IMG/VR virus record: IMGVR_UViG_3300022554_000003
DNA: 64,000 bases
Reading direction: 5' to 3' (one strand)
From: a virus
Shown: in pieces, positions 44,570 through 53,803 of the stretch
How the letters are laid out: every line of letters starts with the position of its first letter
How positions within the stretch are numbered: position 1 is the stretch's first letter
Made by a program: the position numbers and the translations under genes
The notes under the pieces: generated by a model
Seen by the model: only the letters and a program-made list of their open reading frames with translations
Databases searched by the model: none
What the model was told of the DNA's origin: nothing

Positions 44570-47500
44570 TGTCGAATTACGTCAGCCTTCACAATCACGA
44601 TACATTCTCAGTTCTTGATGGAATGTATCGACCAATTAAGTATTTAGAGAAAGCAAAATTACTTGGAATGAAAGCATATGCTCAAACAAATCATGGCAAC
44701 ATGAGTGGTGCGTTTGAGTTCTATGATGCTGCAAAACGAGTCGGGATTAAACCAATCTTGGGTGTTGAAGCATATTTTGTCAATGACATGACAATCAAAA
44801 GTAAAGATGCAGAAAAGAACAAACATATAATTCTGCTTGCGAAGAATGAAGCTGGGTATAGGAAGCTTCTTAAAGCTCAATATGATGCTGTCAAAGTTGG
44901 TTTTTATTATAAACCAAGAATTGATTGGACTGTTCTTGAATATCTCAAGGGCGATGTTATAGTATCAAGTGCTTGTATTAGTGGAATTATAGCCCGATAT
45001 GTAGATAATGCTCTTAACAAAGGAAATGAAAGTGATAGAGACACTAGTGGTCAAATGGATATAGCCATTAAGAATGCAGAACGTCTCAAGAAAATGTTTG
45101 GTGATGACTTTTATTTTGAATATATTGCTCTAGAGCGAACAAAAGTTTATGGACCAGTTTGGAGTAAAATGCAGGAGATAGCCAAAAGCTTAAAGATTAA
45201 AAGTATAATAACAATTGACACTCATTATCTTTCAAGGGAAGATGCTGAGCTTCAAGATATAATACATAACGTTGACAATAATTTTACAATGGAAGATATT
45301 AAAAAAGGCAAAGGTTGGGTATTTGATGATAGAGATGTTTATCTTAAATCTTATGACGAAGTTAAATCAATTATGACCAAAGTATTTAATGAAGATATGG
45401 TAGACAAATTCCTGGAGAATACTTGTGAGATTGCGGACAAAATAGAAGAATTTAATATATATCCAAAAGGAGAAGTATTTCCAAAAACAAATTTTGATGA
45501 GACAAAAATTAAGACAATGTTGAAGAAGGCATTGGATACAAGAATTCCGCAGAAAAAGAGAGATAAATATGTTGCTCGTCTGAATTATGAATATAAAGTC
45601 ATAAAGCAACTTGGGTTCCTTGAATATTTTTGGATTGTTCAGGATATAGTTAACTGGGCAAAAAATAATGGTATTGAGGTTGGTGTAAGTCGTGGAAGTG
45701 CTGGTGGTTGTCTTATATCATATCTACTTGGCATAACTGAGATGGACCCAATTCGTTTTGGGCTTAGTTTTGAACGTTTCTTGAATCCAACAAGAAAAAA
45801 ACAACCTGATATCGATATAGACTTTCAGACTTCAAAACGTCAAGAAGTTTTGGCTTACATAAAGTCATACGGGGAAGAAAACACTTCACACATTCCAAAT
45901 TATGTAAACCTCACAACAAAATCAGCATTCAAGGACGTTGCTAAGGTTTATAACATTCCTTTTGCTGAGGCGAATTCTTTCAATGATAATCTTGAAGTGT
46001 ACGAAGCAGAAGGTAGAATTCCAAAAGAATTCAGACCATATTATGATAAGGCAAAGAGGCTTGAAGGAAATATTAGACATTTTGGTATTCATGCAACTGG
46101 TATAATAATGACTGATAAACCAATTTATTATTATTTGCCGGTTATATCATCGAAAGGAAATGTTATAGCAGCAATTGATGGAAAGACTTTGACTGGGAAA
46201 GGTTTTCTTAAGATTGACATATGTGGAATTGATGCTCTTGATATTATTCAATTGACAAAAAAATATATTAAAAAATATGAAAAGAAAGATGTTGATTTAT
46301 TAAATTTAGACCTTAAAGATGATAAGGTGCTTCAAATATTTCGTGATGGGGATACTGCGAATGTGTTTCAGTTCGAAACGCACAACTTTAGAGAACTTCT
46401 TAAAGAGGTAAATATAACCAAATTCAAAAATTTGATTGAGCTTAATGCTCTTAATCGACCAACTCCATTGTCAGTTGGCTATCATTTGGAGTATATTAAA
46501 AGGTCATGGGGTGGCGCTTACACTACTGCGAAATTACTTAAACCTCATTTAGAGTCTACATATGGATTACTTTTATATCAAGAACAAATTAACAATATTC
46601 TTGCGGATTGGCTTGATATATCTATAGGTGAGGCTGACAATATTAGAAGAGATATTGAAAAGCCTGATAAAGGTTTTATGATGGTAATGGAGCCATACAA
46701 AGAAAAGTTGTATAAAAAATATGGCAAAAAAGATGTTGACGAAGCATATGAAGAGTTGGCTCAAGCAGCTGGTTATGCCTTTAACAAATGTTTAACCGGA
46801 GATACAAAAATATATAAAAAATTTGGTGGTATGCGCAAGAAAGAAACTACTATTTTGGATTTGTATAATAATACAAAAATAACTACTAATGGAACTTTAA
46901 GATATAAAAGAAACAAAAATGTACCAATGCTTTATTCATATGATGTTAATAATAATAAATTTATTTTTAATACAGTGAAAAGTATTATAGACAATGGGAT
47001 ACAAGATGTTTATGAAATTGAATTATGTTGTGGCAAAAAAATAAAAGCTACAAAAAATCATAAATTTTTAACGAATAAAGGTTGGAAAACTGTTGAAGAA
47101 ATAAATAAAGATAAAACTTTGCAAATTGCGTATAGAGGTATAAGCGATACATGGAATAAAGGATTAACAAAAGATAATGATATCAGATTAAAGAAATTGT
47201 CTGAGAGAAGAATTAGGAATAGAAATTTTTTTAAGAAATTTGGTAATCAACCGCACAATAAAGGAAAAAATAAAAATAATTATTTACCTTTAAAAGCTGT
47301 ATCAGAAAAAGCAAAAGGCAGGGTATTTAGTTTGGATGCTATAGATAAAATGAAAGAATCTGCAAAAAAAAGAGAAAGAAAAGGAAACCCGGGGAAAAGA
47401 AGTGAAGAAGTAATAAATCGTATGAGGGCAACTACAGCAAAAATGCACGTGGAAGGTAAGTTTCCGAAAAAATTTACAAAACCACATATAATGTTAATTG

Positions 47501-47814
47501 ATGCTATGAAAAAAAATAGTATTTATGATGGATTTGAAAGCGAGGTTCTTGTTGGTTTTCATTCTATAGACATAGCAAATATAAAAAGAAAAATAGCAAT
47601 TCAAGTTGACGGTGATTATTACCACGTGAATCCAGAATGGATGAAAAAACGAAATAGAAAAAAAATAGATGCTATTCAAAAAAGAAATATTGGTCAAGAT
47701 AAGTCTTGTAATACTTATTTGAAAAATAAAAAATGGATTATTTTGAGATTTTGGGCAAGTGATATTGAAAATAACATTGATGTAGTTATTAAAAAAATAA
47801 AAGAGGTGTTATGA
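44566..47814 (+). CDS. dnaE: DNA polymerase III alpha (DnaE) N-extein fused to intein N-fragment and homing endonuclease
   Basis: PHP motif SLHNHDTFSVLDG, GVSRGSAGGCLISYLLGIT, PDIDIDF, GYAFNK. Then CLTGDTKIY (Hint block A) from 46789, TKNHKF (block B), NUMOD3-like repeats and a Vsr-like nuclease. Stop at 47812-47814. Confidence 0.85.
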   Translation: MMSNYVSLHNHDTFSVLDGMYRPIKYLEKAKLLGMKAYAQTNHGNMSGAFEFYDAAKRVGIKPILGVEAYFVNDMTIKSKDAEKNKHIILLAKNEAGYRKLLKAQYDAVKVGFYYKPRIDWTVLEYLKGDVIVSSACISGIIARYVDNALNKGNESDRDTSGQMDIAIKNAERLKKMFGDDFYFEYIALERTKVYGPVWSKMQEIAKSLKIKSIITIDTHYLSREDAELQDIIHNVDNNFTMEDIKKGKGWVFDDRDVYLKSYDEVKSIMTKVFNEDMVDKFLENTCEIADKIEEFNIYPKGEVFPKTNFDETKIKTMLKKALDTRIPQKKRDKYVARLNYEYKVIKQLGFLEYFWIVQDIVNWAKNNGIEVGVSRGSAGGCLISYLLGITEMDPIRFGLSFERFLNPTRKKQPDIDIDFQTSKRQEVLAYIKSYGEENTSHIPNYVNLTTKSAFKDVAKVYNIPFAEANSFNDNLEVYEAEGRIPKEFRPYYDKAKRLEGNIRHFGIHATGIIMTDKPIYYYLPVISSKGNVIAAIDGKTLTGKGFLKIDICGIDALDIIQLTKKYIKKYEKKDVDLLNLDLKDDKVLQIFRDGDTANVFQFETHNFRELLKEVNITKFKNLIELNALNRPTPLSVGYHLEYIKRSWGGAYTTAKLLKPHLESTYGLLLYQEQINNILADWLDISIGEADNIRRDIEKPDKGFMMVMEPYKEKLYKKYGKKDVDEAYEELAQAAGYAFNKCLTGDTKIYKKFGGMRKKETTILDLYNNTKITTNGTLRYKRNKNVPMLYSYDVNNNKFIFNTVKSIIDNGIQDVYEIELCCGKKIKATKNHKFLTNKGWKTVEEINKDKTLQIAYRGISDTWNKGLTKDNDIRLKKLSERRIRNRNFFKKFGNQPHNKGKNKNNYLPLKAVSEKAKGRVFSLDAIDKMKESAKKRERKGNPGKRSEEVINRMRATTAKMHVEGKFPKKFTKPHIMLIDAMKKNSIYDGFESEVLVGFHSIDIANIKRKIAIQVDGDYYHVNPEWMKKRNRKKIDAIQKRNIGQDKSCNTYLKNKKWIILRFWASDIENNIDVVIKKIKEVL

Positions 47815-47951
47815 TGGGATTTGGTAGTAAGGAAATAATAAAATATTCAAAAATAAAAAATATAAAACATATTGGCAAAGATAGAACTTTTGATATAGAA
47901 ATGATTGATGAACCAAGAAATTTTTTAGCAAACGATATTGTATCACATAAT
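46789..47951 (+). mobile_element. DnaE intein with Vsr-like homing endonuclease, encoded across two ORFs (frame break at 47811-47814)
   Basis: Cys1 at 46789. The C-terminal fragment ends ...NDIVSHN at 47951 and is followed by the Ser+1 extein SHSCAYAY. The joined exteins restore GYAFNK-SHSCAYA. Confidence 0.8.
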
Positions 47952-48470
47952 TCGCATAGTTGTGCCTATGCTTATGTTGCATTTCAAATGGCATATCTTA
48001 AATGTTATTATCGCAAGTATTTCAATTTGGCTGTGTTGAATTCGGAAGAAAAACAAGAAAAGATAGACCGCATTATTGATGATTGTGACAAACATGGAAT
48101 ACATATTAATGCATTTAACATAAATGAAATGAGTGTTCATTTTACTATCAACAAAGATGGTGAGATAAATGCTGGGGCAAGAATTGTCAAGGGGTTGGGA
48201 GAGAGAACTATAGAAACAATTATTAAAAATAAACCATATAAAAATTTTGAAGATTTTATGAACCGTGCAAAGTCAGAAACTCCTAAAGGTGGTTTTCGTA
48301 AGATTCCAAGTAACGTTATAAAGATATTGTATGACTATGATTTTTTTGAAAATGCTTGGGGAAAAACAGAAAATAGAAAAGTCGAGGAGTATTTAGATAG
48401 TATATCAGCGGCTAAGAATAAAAAGAAAGGTGGGAAAAATAGTGCAGGAAAAACCAAAGGTGAAAGTTGA
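47811..48470 (+). CDS. dnaE: Intein C-fragment (47 aa) fused to the DnaE C-extein
   Basis: Own SD AAAGAGGTG and ATGATG overlapping the upstream stop. FDIEMIDEPRNFLANDIVSHN|SHSCAYAYVAFQMAYLKCYY. Confidence 0.8.
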   Translation: MMGFGSKEIIKYSKIKNIKHIGKDRTFDIEMIDEPRNFLANDIVSHNSHSCAYAYVAFQMAYLKCYYRKYFNLAVLNSEEKQEKIDRIIDDCDKHGIHINAFNINEMSVHFTINKDGEINAGARIVKGLGERTIETIIKNKPYKNFEDFMNRAKSETPKGGFRKIPSNVIKILYDYDFFENAWGKTENRKVEEYLDSISAAKNKKKGGKNSAGKTKGES

Positions 48471-48648
48471 AAATGATATATTACTTTTTGAGACCAAAAG
48501 TATGAAGTTGGAATTAAAGAACAAGATTAATCTCAATGGGCTTATAGAATTTTTTATGGTGATATTTGCTGAAATGGTTATAGCAAAATATCGTTTGGAC
48601 AATAAAGAGACAACTAGAAAAATTAGGGATTTGGTTTCCCTGAATTGA
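48430..48648 (+). CDS. Possible small ORF (doubtful start)
   Basis: GTG start only. 41-nt overlap with the end of dnaE. Confidence 0.3.
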   Translation: MGKIVQEKPKVKVENDILLFETKSMKLELKNKINLNGLIEFFMVIFAEMVIAKYRLDNKETTRKIRDLVSLN

Positions 48649-48654
48649 GGGCAT

Positions 48655-49206
48655 ATGTCATTCTTAGATTTTTTTGATAAGATGGTTTATAAAGGAATTA
48701 AAATTACGAATAACATTTTTTTGAAAAAAGGTGAAAGTTTAAATATTTTTGGAGACTCATATGTTGGTAAGACTACAATGTGTTTTTATATTATTAAACA
48801 AAATCCAGAAAAATCTGTGGTGTATGTGAACTCAGAGCATTTATCTCCAAAATATCGCAAGAAACTTATTACGTTGGCTAAAGATATATATATATTGGAT
48901 TGTTTTAATATTGATTGGCTTGTGAGTATGCTTGAACAGTTGAAGTTTGATATTGTTGTTATTGATAGTTTGACTGCAATGAATTATATTGAGAATAAGA
49001 AGAAATTATCTGAGCTTTTTGACATTATTACAGAGAAGAAAATAAATATGATTCTTGTTTCGCAAATAAGGGAGTATAAAGGAAGAAAATATTACGAGCA
49101 TAGGAAGTTGTTGAATTTCTTCTCGTATAAAATGCACATAACTAAAAATAAAAAAGAAATGATATTGGATGATAAAATAAAAATTAAGTTCGACGAAATA
49201 TGGTAA
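48655..49206 (+). CDS. Small RecA-fold P-loop ATPase (RecA/KaiC-like paralogue)
   Basis: Walker A GDSYVGKTT, Walker B IVVIDSLTA. 183 aa. Confidence 0.5.
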   Translation: MSFLDFFDKMVYKGIKITNNIFLKKGESLNIFGDSYVGKTTMCFYIIKQNPEKSVVYVNSEHLSPKYRKKLITLAKDIYILDCFNIDWLVSMLEQLKFDIVVIDSLTAMNYIENKKKLSELFDIITEKKINMILVSQIREYKGRKYYEHRKLLNFFSYKMHITKNKKEMILDDKIKIKFDEIW

Positions 49207-49236
49207 TAAAAAAAATTAAGAAAGGAGGTAAGAGTC

Positions 49237-49851
49237 GTGGGTAAGAAATTAACAGTCAGGAAGAGGGTAATTGTAGATGAAGGAATCTATGCAGCAAAAG
49301 TAAAGAGCATAGAGAAGAAGGATGGCAAGTTCGGTGACTATTACCAAGTGTCGTTTAAGATAACTGATGAGGAATTTGAAGGTAAAACAGTCAACGGGAA
49401 CATGCCAGCAGAAGTAGAAGTAGGCAACAAGGCTTACAAATGGGTAAGTATTTTACTTGGACGTGAACTTGAGGTTGATGAAGAATTTGACCCGGAAGAT
49501 CTTGTTGGCAAGTCTTGTAAAATAGCTGTTGAACACAATTCAAATGATGAAGGGACATTTGCAAAAGTCACAGCACTTTACAAGAAGAAAAAGAAAGATG
49601 AAGACGAAGATGAAGAAGACGATGGTAATAAAAAGAAAAAATTCAAAGATGATGATGTTGACAGAAAGAAAAAGTCTAAAGATGAAGACGAAGAAGATGA
49701 CGAAGACGAAGATGAAGATGATGTGAAGAAGAAAAAGAAAGACGATGACGAAGAAGACGAAGATGAAGACGAAGATGAAGACGAAGATGAAGACAATGAT
49801 AAGAAAAAGAAAGATGAAGACGATGATGACGACGATGAAGAATTTAAGTAA
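49237..49851 (+). CDS. Protein with compact N-domain and long D/E-K tail (possible SSB-like, speculative)
   Basis: GTG start behind AAAGGAGGT. The ~110-aa N-domain is followed by ~95 aa of KKKK/DEDEDE ending DDDDDDEEFK, reminiscent of acidic SSB tails. Confidence 0.6.
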   Translation: MGKKLTVRKRVIVDEGIYAAKVKSIEKKDGKFGDYYQVSFKITDEEFEGKTVNGNMPAEVEVGNKAYKWVSILLGRELEVDEEFDPEDLVGKSCKIAVEHNSNDEGTFAKVTALYKKKKKDEDEDEEDDGNKKKKFKDDDVDRKKKSKDEDEEDDEDEDEDDVKKKKKDDDEEDEDEDEDEDEDEDNDKKKKDEDDDDDDEEFK

Positions 49852-49859
49852 TTGAGAGT

Positions 49860-49883
49860 AGGGGAGAGGATAACCTCTCCCCT
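49860..49883 (+). terminator. Perfect 10-bp GC-rich hairpin (terminator candidate, weak T tract)
   Basis: AGGGGAGAGG-ATAA-CCTCTCCCCT, followed by AATTCTT. Confidence 0.5.
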
Positions 49884-49903
49884 AATTCTTATGGAGACAA
49901 CAC

Positions 49904-50173
49904 ATGGTAGAAAAACTTGAAAATGTAAATATTGAAGTTGAAGTTGAACGTGAATACAATCTTGGTGGATTCCGTAATGCATTGAAGATTCGTAGAAAAA
50001 TAACTGGCCCAGCAAGTGTGATAAAAGAGAATATCAAAGAACTTGACACGATAGCTATGGATGTGGAAATACAGTTTGGTAATTCCATAGCGACATCAAG
50101 AAGAGAAATAAAAAAACTTGCTAAAGAGGTTTATGCGGAAGATGGAACAGTTAAGAGAAAAAAAGAGGAATAA
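49904..50173 (+). CDS. Hypothetical protein
   Basis: 89 aa. SD GGAGA upstream. Confidence 0.5.
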   Translation: MVEKLENVNIEVEVEREYNLGGFRNALKIRRKITGPASVIKENIKELDTIAMDVEIQFGNSIATSRREIKKLAKEVYAEDGTVKRKKEE

Positions 50174-51112
50174 ATGAAAGGTCTTGTAGTTGGAGACATG
50201 CACTTAGATGGAAAAGTTGGTACAAAACGTGTTGTCGACTTTTTTAATATAATCAAGAATAGCATTACAGATAATTTAGAGATTCAGAAAGAAACTGACT
50301 TTGTTGTCTTACTTGGGGATTATGGTATGACTCCATCAATGGATAATTCATATCGACAAGTTTTGAGTGAATTCATAGCATCTTTTGGAGATAAGCCAGT
50401 TATAGCTCTTTTGGGGCAACACGATAGAAATTTGGCTGGTCATATATTACAGCCAATTGCCCCTTTATGTAAGAATCTGACAGTTGTGGAGAGTGTACTG
50501 GAGTGGGAAGGGATGACTTTCATATCCCACAATAGAGATACTAAGCAATTGGAAAAAGACATCAAGGCGGCCAAACCTGGATTGGTATTTGGTCATTTTA
50601 ATATTAACGGTTATGAAACAGATTCAAAAGTGTTGGATTCTGCGATTCACGTTGATATGCCAGAACATAAGTTTATCTTAGGAGATATTCACAAAAGTCA
50701 AAAGCAAAAAAATGTTATATACGTAGGCAGTATTGCTCCAGTGGATTTAGGGCAATTGCAATATGATTTTGGAATAGGTTTAGTAGATTCGAAGGCTAAA
50801 GAATTTAAAAAAATTCCAATTGAATATACATTTAATGTTGTTAAACTTAACAGTGAAGATGATTTTGCAAAAATAAATGCAATGTCACGTATCATTATTA
50901 AAGTGAAAGACAAAAAGGAGAAAGCTGTTTGGAGAGCAAAGCTTCAAGACAAAGAATATCTTTCTCTTGAATTTGTTGAAGAAGGTGTTGAAATTAAGAA
51001 AGAAAAGCTCGAAGTTAATGTTAATTTTACTACTATGGTTTCAAAGTATTTAAAGATGATAGGTAAGGAGCATCTTGAACAAAAGATAAAAGAATATATG
51101 GAGAGGGTGTAG
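50174..51112 (+). CDS. sbcD: Mre11/SbcD-like nuclease (T4 gp47-like)
   Basis: Phosphoesterase motifs VVGDMHLDG, LLGDYG, GQHDR and GHFNINGY. Confidence 0.8.
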   Translation: MKGLVVGDMHLDGKVGTKRVVDFFNIIKNSITDNLEIQKETDFVVLLGDYGMTPSMDNSYRQVLSEFIASFGDKPVIALLGQHDRNLAGHILQPIAPLCKNLTVVESVLEWEGMTFISHNRDTKQLEKDIKAAKPGLVFGHFNINGYETDSKVLDSAIHVDMPEHKFILGDIHKSQKQKNVIYVGSIAPVDLGQLQYDFGIGLVDSKAKEFKKIPIEYTFNVVKLNSEDDFAKINAMSRIIIKVKDKKEKAVWRAKLQDKEYLSLEFVEEGVEIKKEKLEVNVNFTTMVSKYLKMIGKEHLEQKIKEYMERV

Positions 51113-51113
51113 A

Positions 51114-51671
51114 ATGAAGATAAACAATAATCCGATAAATTATATACAAGAGTTTGAAAAGAACAAGACGGAATTTGATATATATCAAGAACGTGGTGTA
51201 TTTAATATATCTTCAATGCGTTCATTATTAAAGAAAGTTAAAGATATACGTAAATGGTATTTCATTACCGGACCAATGAGAGATAAAGTGGGGCAAGGAT
51301 TTAGAATAGAATTCAGATATAATACTGGGACTTATCGCTTAATATTGTATGCGATGTTTGATATGGATTTGAAATATTATTGGAATAAACTTGATTGGAT
51401 GGCAGAACAACTTGGAATGCAGAAAGGAACAACGTATGAAAAATTAAAATATACAGAGTTTTATTTAGACTATGATGATTATACGTATTTGTGTTTAAAA
51501 GATTTGTTTTACGCTCCGAAGACTGAAGAAGAAAAAAAAATGTATAATGCAAAAAAGTTTGTTAAAGTTGACTCTATTTTTCCATGGGATAAGACGATTA
51601 CAAAAGATGCAAAGAGGCTTATGAAGAAAATGAAAGAGCTTATTGATAAGATTCATAAGGAGATTCGTTGA
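51114..51671 (+). CDS. Hypothetical protein between the Mre11 and Rad50 genes
   Basis: 185 aa. SD GAGAGGG upstream. Confidence 0.55.
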   Translation: MKINNNPINYIQEFEKNKTEFDIYQERGVFNISSMRSLLKKVKDIRKWYFITGPMRDKVGQGFRIEFRYNTGTYRLILYAMFDMDLKYYWNKLDWMAEQLGMQKGTTYEKLKYTEFYLDYDDYTYLCLKDLFYAPKTEEEKKMYNAKKFVKVDSIFPWDKTITKDAKRLMKKMKELIDKIHKEIR

Positions 51672-53498
51672 ATGAAAATTACATCACTTAAAGCTAAGAA
51701 TGTTTTTGTGTATGATAAACTTGTGTTGCCAATCGAGAACAAGGTATATTTGGTGCTTGGTAAAATAGATGGAGATTACGAAGGAAGCAACGGAGCAGGA
51801 AAATCTGCTTTGATTGACATATTGCTTTATGGACTTTATGGTAAGACATTAAGGAAAGGCATTACTGATATTTCAAGAGACCATTGTGGCAACATGAAGG
51901 TAAGAATTGATTTCGATGGTAAGACTATACAACGTGAAAAAGAAGATGGTACAAATGTTGTAAGATATTTTGAAGGTGACAAAGAGCAGATTGGTCTTAA
52001 GAAGGAACTTCAAAACTATATATCAGATACAATTGACTATGACCTCTTCAGAATGATTACTATCTTCACTCCAAAAAATAATTTCTTTGTATTGAACGAC
52101 ACAGAGAAAAAAGACCTTCTCATTACATTTACAAACAACAATAACATTGACACAATATATGAAATGGTCAAGGCTGATTATGATAAATTGAAGATGCTCA
52201 ATCTTGATGGAATGATAGAGAACTTCAAGAATAGTCTTAAACAGAAGGCAGATATTGACGAAGAATTCAAAAAGGTTTCTAGAAAGTGGGATAAATATGA
52301 AAAATACGAGAAGGGGATTACCAAATATCAAGAATATGTAAGGCTCAAAAAACAACCATTAGCCGATAAAGAAGAAGTTGAACAGGCAATTGAGAGGTTG
52401 AAAGAAAAAGGAAAGAAACTTAAGAATCTTGTTGCTAATATAAAAACATCAGATGAAAGTATGGAAAAACTTTTAAATGAGATGAATGAATATAAGAATC
52501 ATATTGATAAGGAACAATCAAGAATGAAAGAGTTTGAAGAGAAAATTGCTATGATAAAAGATGCCGGAAAGTGTCCAACGTGCAGACAAAGTTTGAAAGA
52601 TAAGGATAAGATTATTCAGGCATACAAAAATGATATTAGTGGTTGCAAGCAACAAATACAGAATGCAAAAGACCTTTATGATAGTACTAAGTTAAAATAT
52701 ATGGAAGCTAAAGAACAAAAGAAGGCTGATGATGAGTTAAAAATGGAGTTTAAAGAGGTTAAAGCTTCATTTGATGCAAAGAAAGCTGAGCTTGAGAAGA
52801 TAGAGAAACATTTGACTGACCTCAAAGAAAAATATGAGAAATATTTCGAATATAAAGATGCTGATATTACTCTTCAAGAGATAAACTCACTGAAGCTCAA
52901 ATATGTAGAGCTTAAAGCAAAGGTTGATAATTTCGCAGAACGTGAAGATGAGCTTAAAGAACTACAAAAGAGGAAATTGGAAGTAGATAAACAATTGGCA
53001 GATTTGGAAGATATAAAGAAGATTTTTAGCAAAGATGGATTAAAGCAATTTGTTATACAACAGATAACAGATTTTCTCGAAGAACGTATTAATGATATGA
53101 TAGATAAAGTATTTGATGATATGATAGTTAAAATAAGACTTGACTTTGCTGAAAAGCGCAACATGATGAATATAGATATTCATCGTAGGGATACTGTGTT
53201 TAATTATGAAGAGCTTTCAACTGGAGAGAAGAGAATTATTGAAATGATTTTTCAAATAGCACTTAACGACCTGTTCGAAACTGTCAATGGCGAATCAGTT
53301 AACATAATGATATTCGATGAGACATTTGATGCTATAGATAAAAGGAACATGCCTAAGATAAATGGTATGCTCAAGATTTTGGAAGAGCGAGATAAAATGA
53401 TTCTCATAATATCACACAGTGAAGATGTTAAAAAGTATTTTAAGAACTTTATTATAGTCAAACAAAATAATGGAGTATCTACTTTGGAGGTGCAGTAA
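51672..53498 (+). CDS. sbcC: Rad50/SbcC-like ATPase (T4 gp46-like)
   Basis: Walker A GSNGAGKS, long coiled coil with zinc hook CPTC, signature LSTGEKR, Walker B IMIFDE, ISHS. Confidence 0.85.
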   Translation: MKITSLKAKNVFVYDKLVLPIENKVYLVLGKIDGDYEGSNGAGKSALIDILLYGLYGKTLRKGITDISRDHCGNMKVRIDFDGKTIQREKEDGTNVVRYFEGDKEQIGLKKELQNYISDTIDYDLFRMITIFTPKNNFFVLNDTEKKDLLITFTNNNNIDTIYEMVKADYDKLKMLNLDGMIENFKNSLKQKADIDEEFKKVSRKWDKYEKYEKGITKYQEYVRLKKQPLADKEEVEQAIERLKEKGKKLKNLVANIKTSDESMEKLLNEMNEYKNHIDKEQSRMKEFEEKIAMIKDAGKCPTCRQSLKDKDKIIQAYKNDISGCKQQIQNAKDLYDSTKLKYMEAKEQKKADDELKMEFKEVKASFDAKKAELEKIEKHLTDLKEKYEKYFEYKDADITLQEINSLKLKYVELKAKVDNFAEREDELKELQKRKLEVDKQLADLEDIKKIFSKDGLKQFVIQQITDFLEERINDMIDKVFDDMIVKIRLDFAEKRNMMNIDIHRRDTVFNYEELSTGEKRIIEMIFQIALNDLFETVNGESVNIMIFDETFDAIDKRNMPKINGMLKILEERDKMILIISHSEDVKKYFKNFIIVKQNNGVSTLEVQ

Positions 53499-53803
53499 TG
53501 GTGATAGTTCCAGTAAACGATAGAGTAATAATAGAGCCGGATAAAAGAGAAGAAATTAAAAAGGGAGGTATTATTATTCCCGAAGGAGCAAGGGAGGCTC
53601 CACAAACTGGTAAGGTTATTGCTGTTGGACCGGGCAGAATTCTTTTTAATGGAGAAGTAAAGCCATTGATGGTAAAAGTTGGTGATAGAGTAATTTATTC
53701 CCGTTATGGTGGTGTCGAAGTGAAACTCAACGAGAAAGATGACAGCATGGTGCTCGTTCTTCAAGAGGACGACATTCTTGCAATAATAGGAGCAGATAAA
53801 TGA
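53498..53803 (+). CDS. groES: GroES/Cpn10 co-chaperonin homologue
   Basis: VPVNDRVIIEP...KKGGIIIPEGAREAPQTGKVIAVGPG...GDRVIYSRYGG...DDILAII aligns along the whole GroES length. Confidence 0.8.
   Translation: MVIVPVNDRVIIEPDKREEIKKGGIIIPEGAREAPQTGKVIAVGPGRILFNGEVKPLMVKVGDRVIYSRYGGVEVKLNEKDDSMVLVLQEDDILAIIGADK

Noticed and set aside
49578-50015. 145-aa minus-strand poly-Ser ORF
   Set aside because: Antisense reading of the GAA/GAT/GAC acidic tail of the 49237 gene. It is a compositional artefact.
53252-53764. 170-aa minus-strand ORF overlapping the Rad50 and GroES genes
   Set aside because: It overlaps two genes with unambiguous motifs on the + strand. There are no translation signals and the composition is shadow-frame-like.
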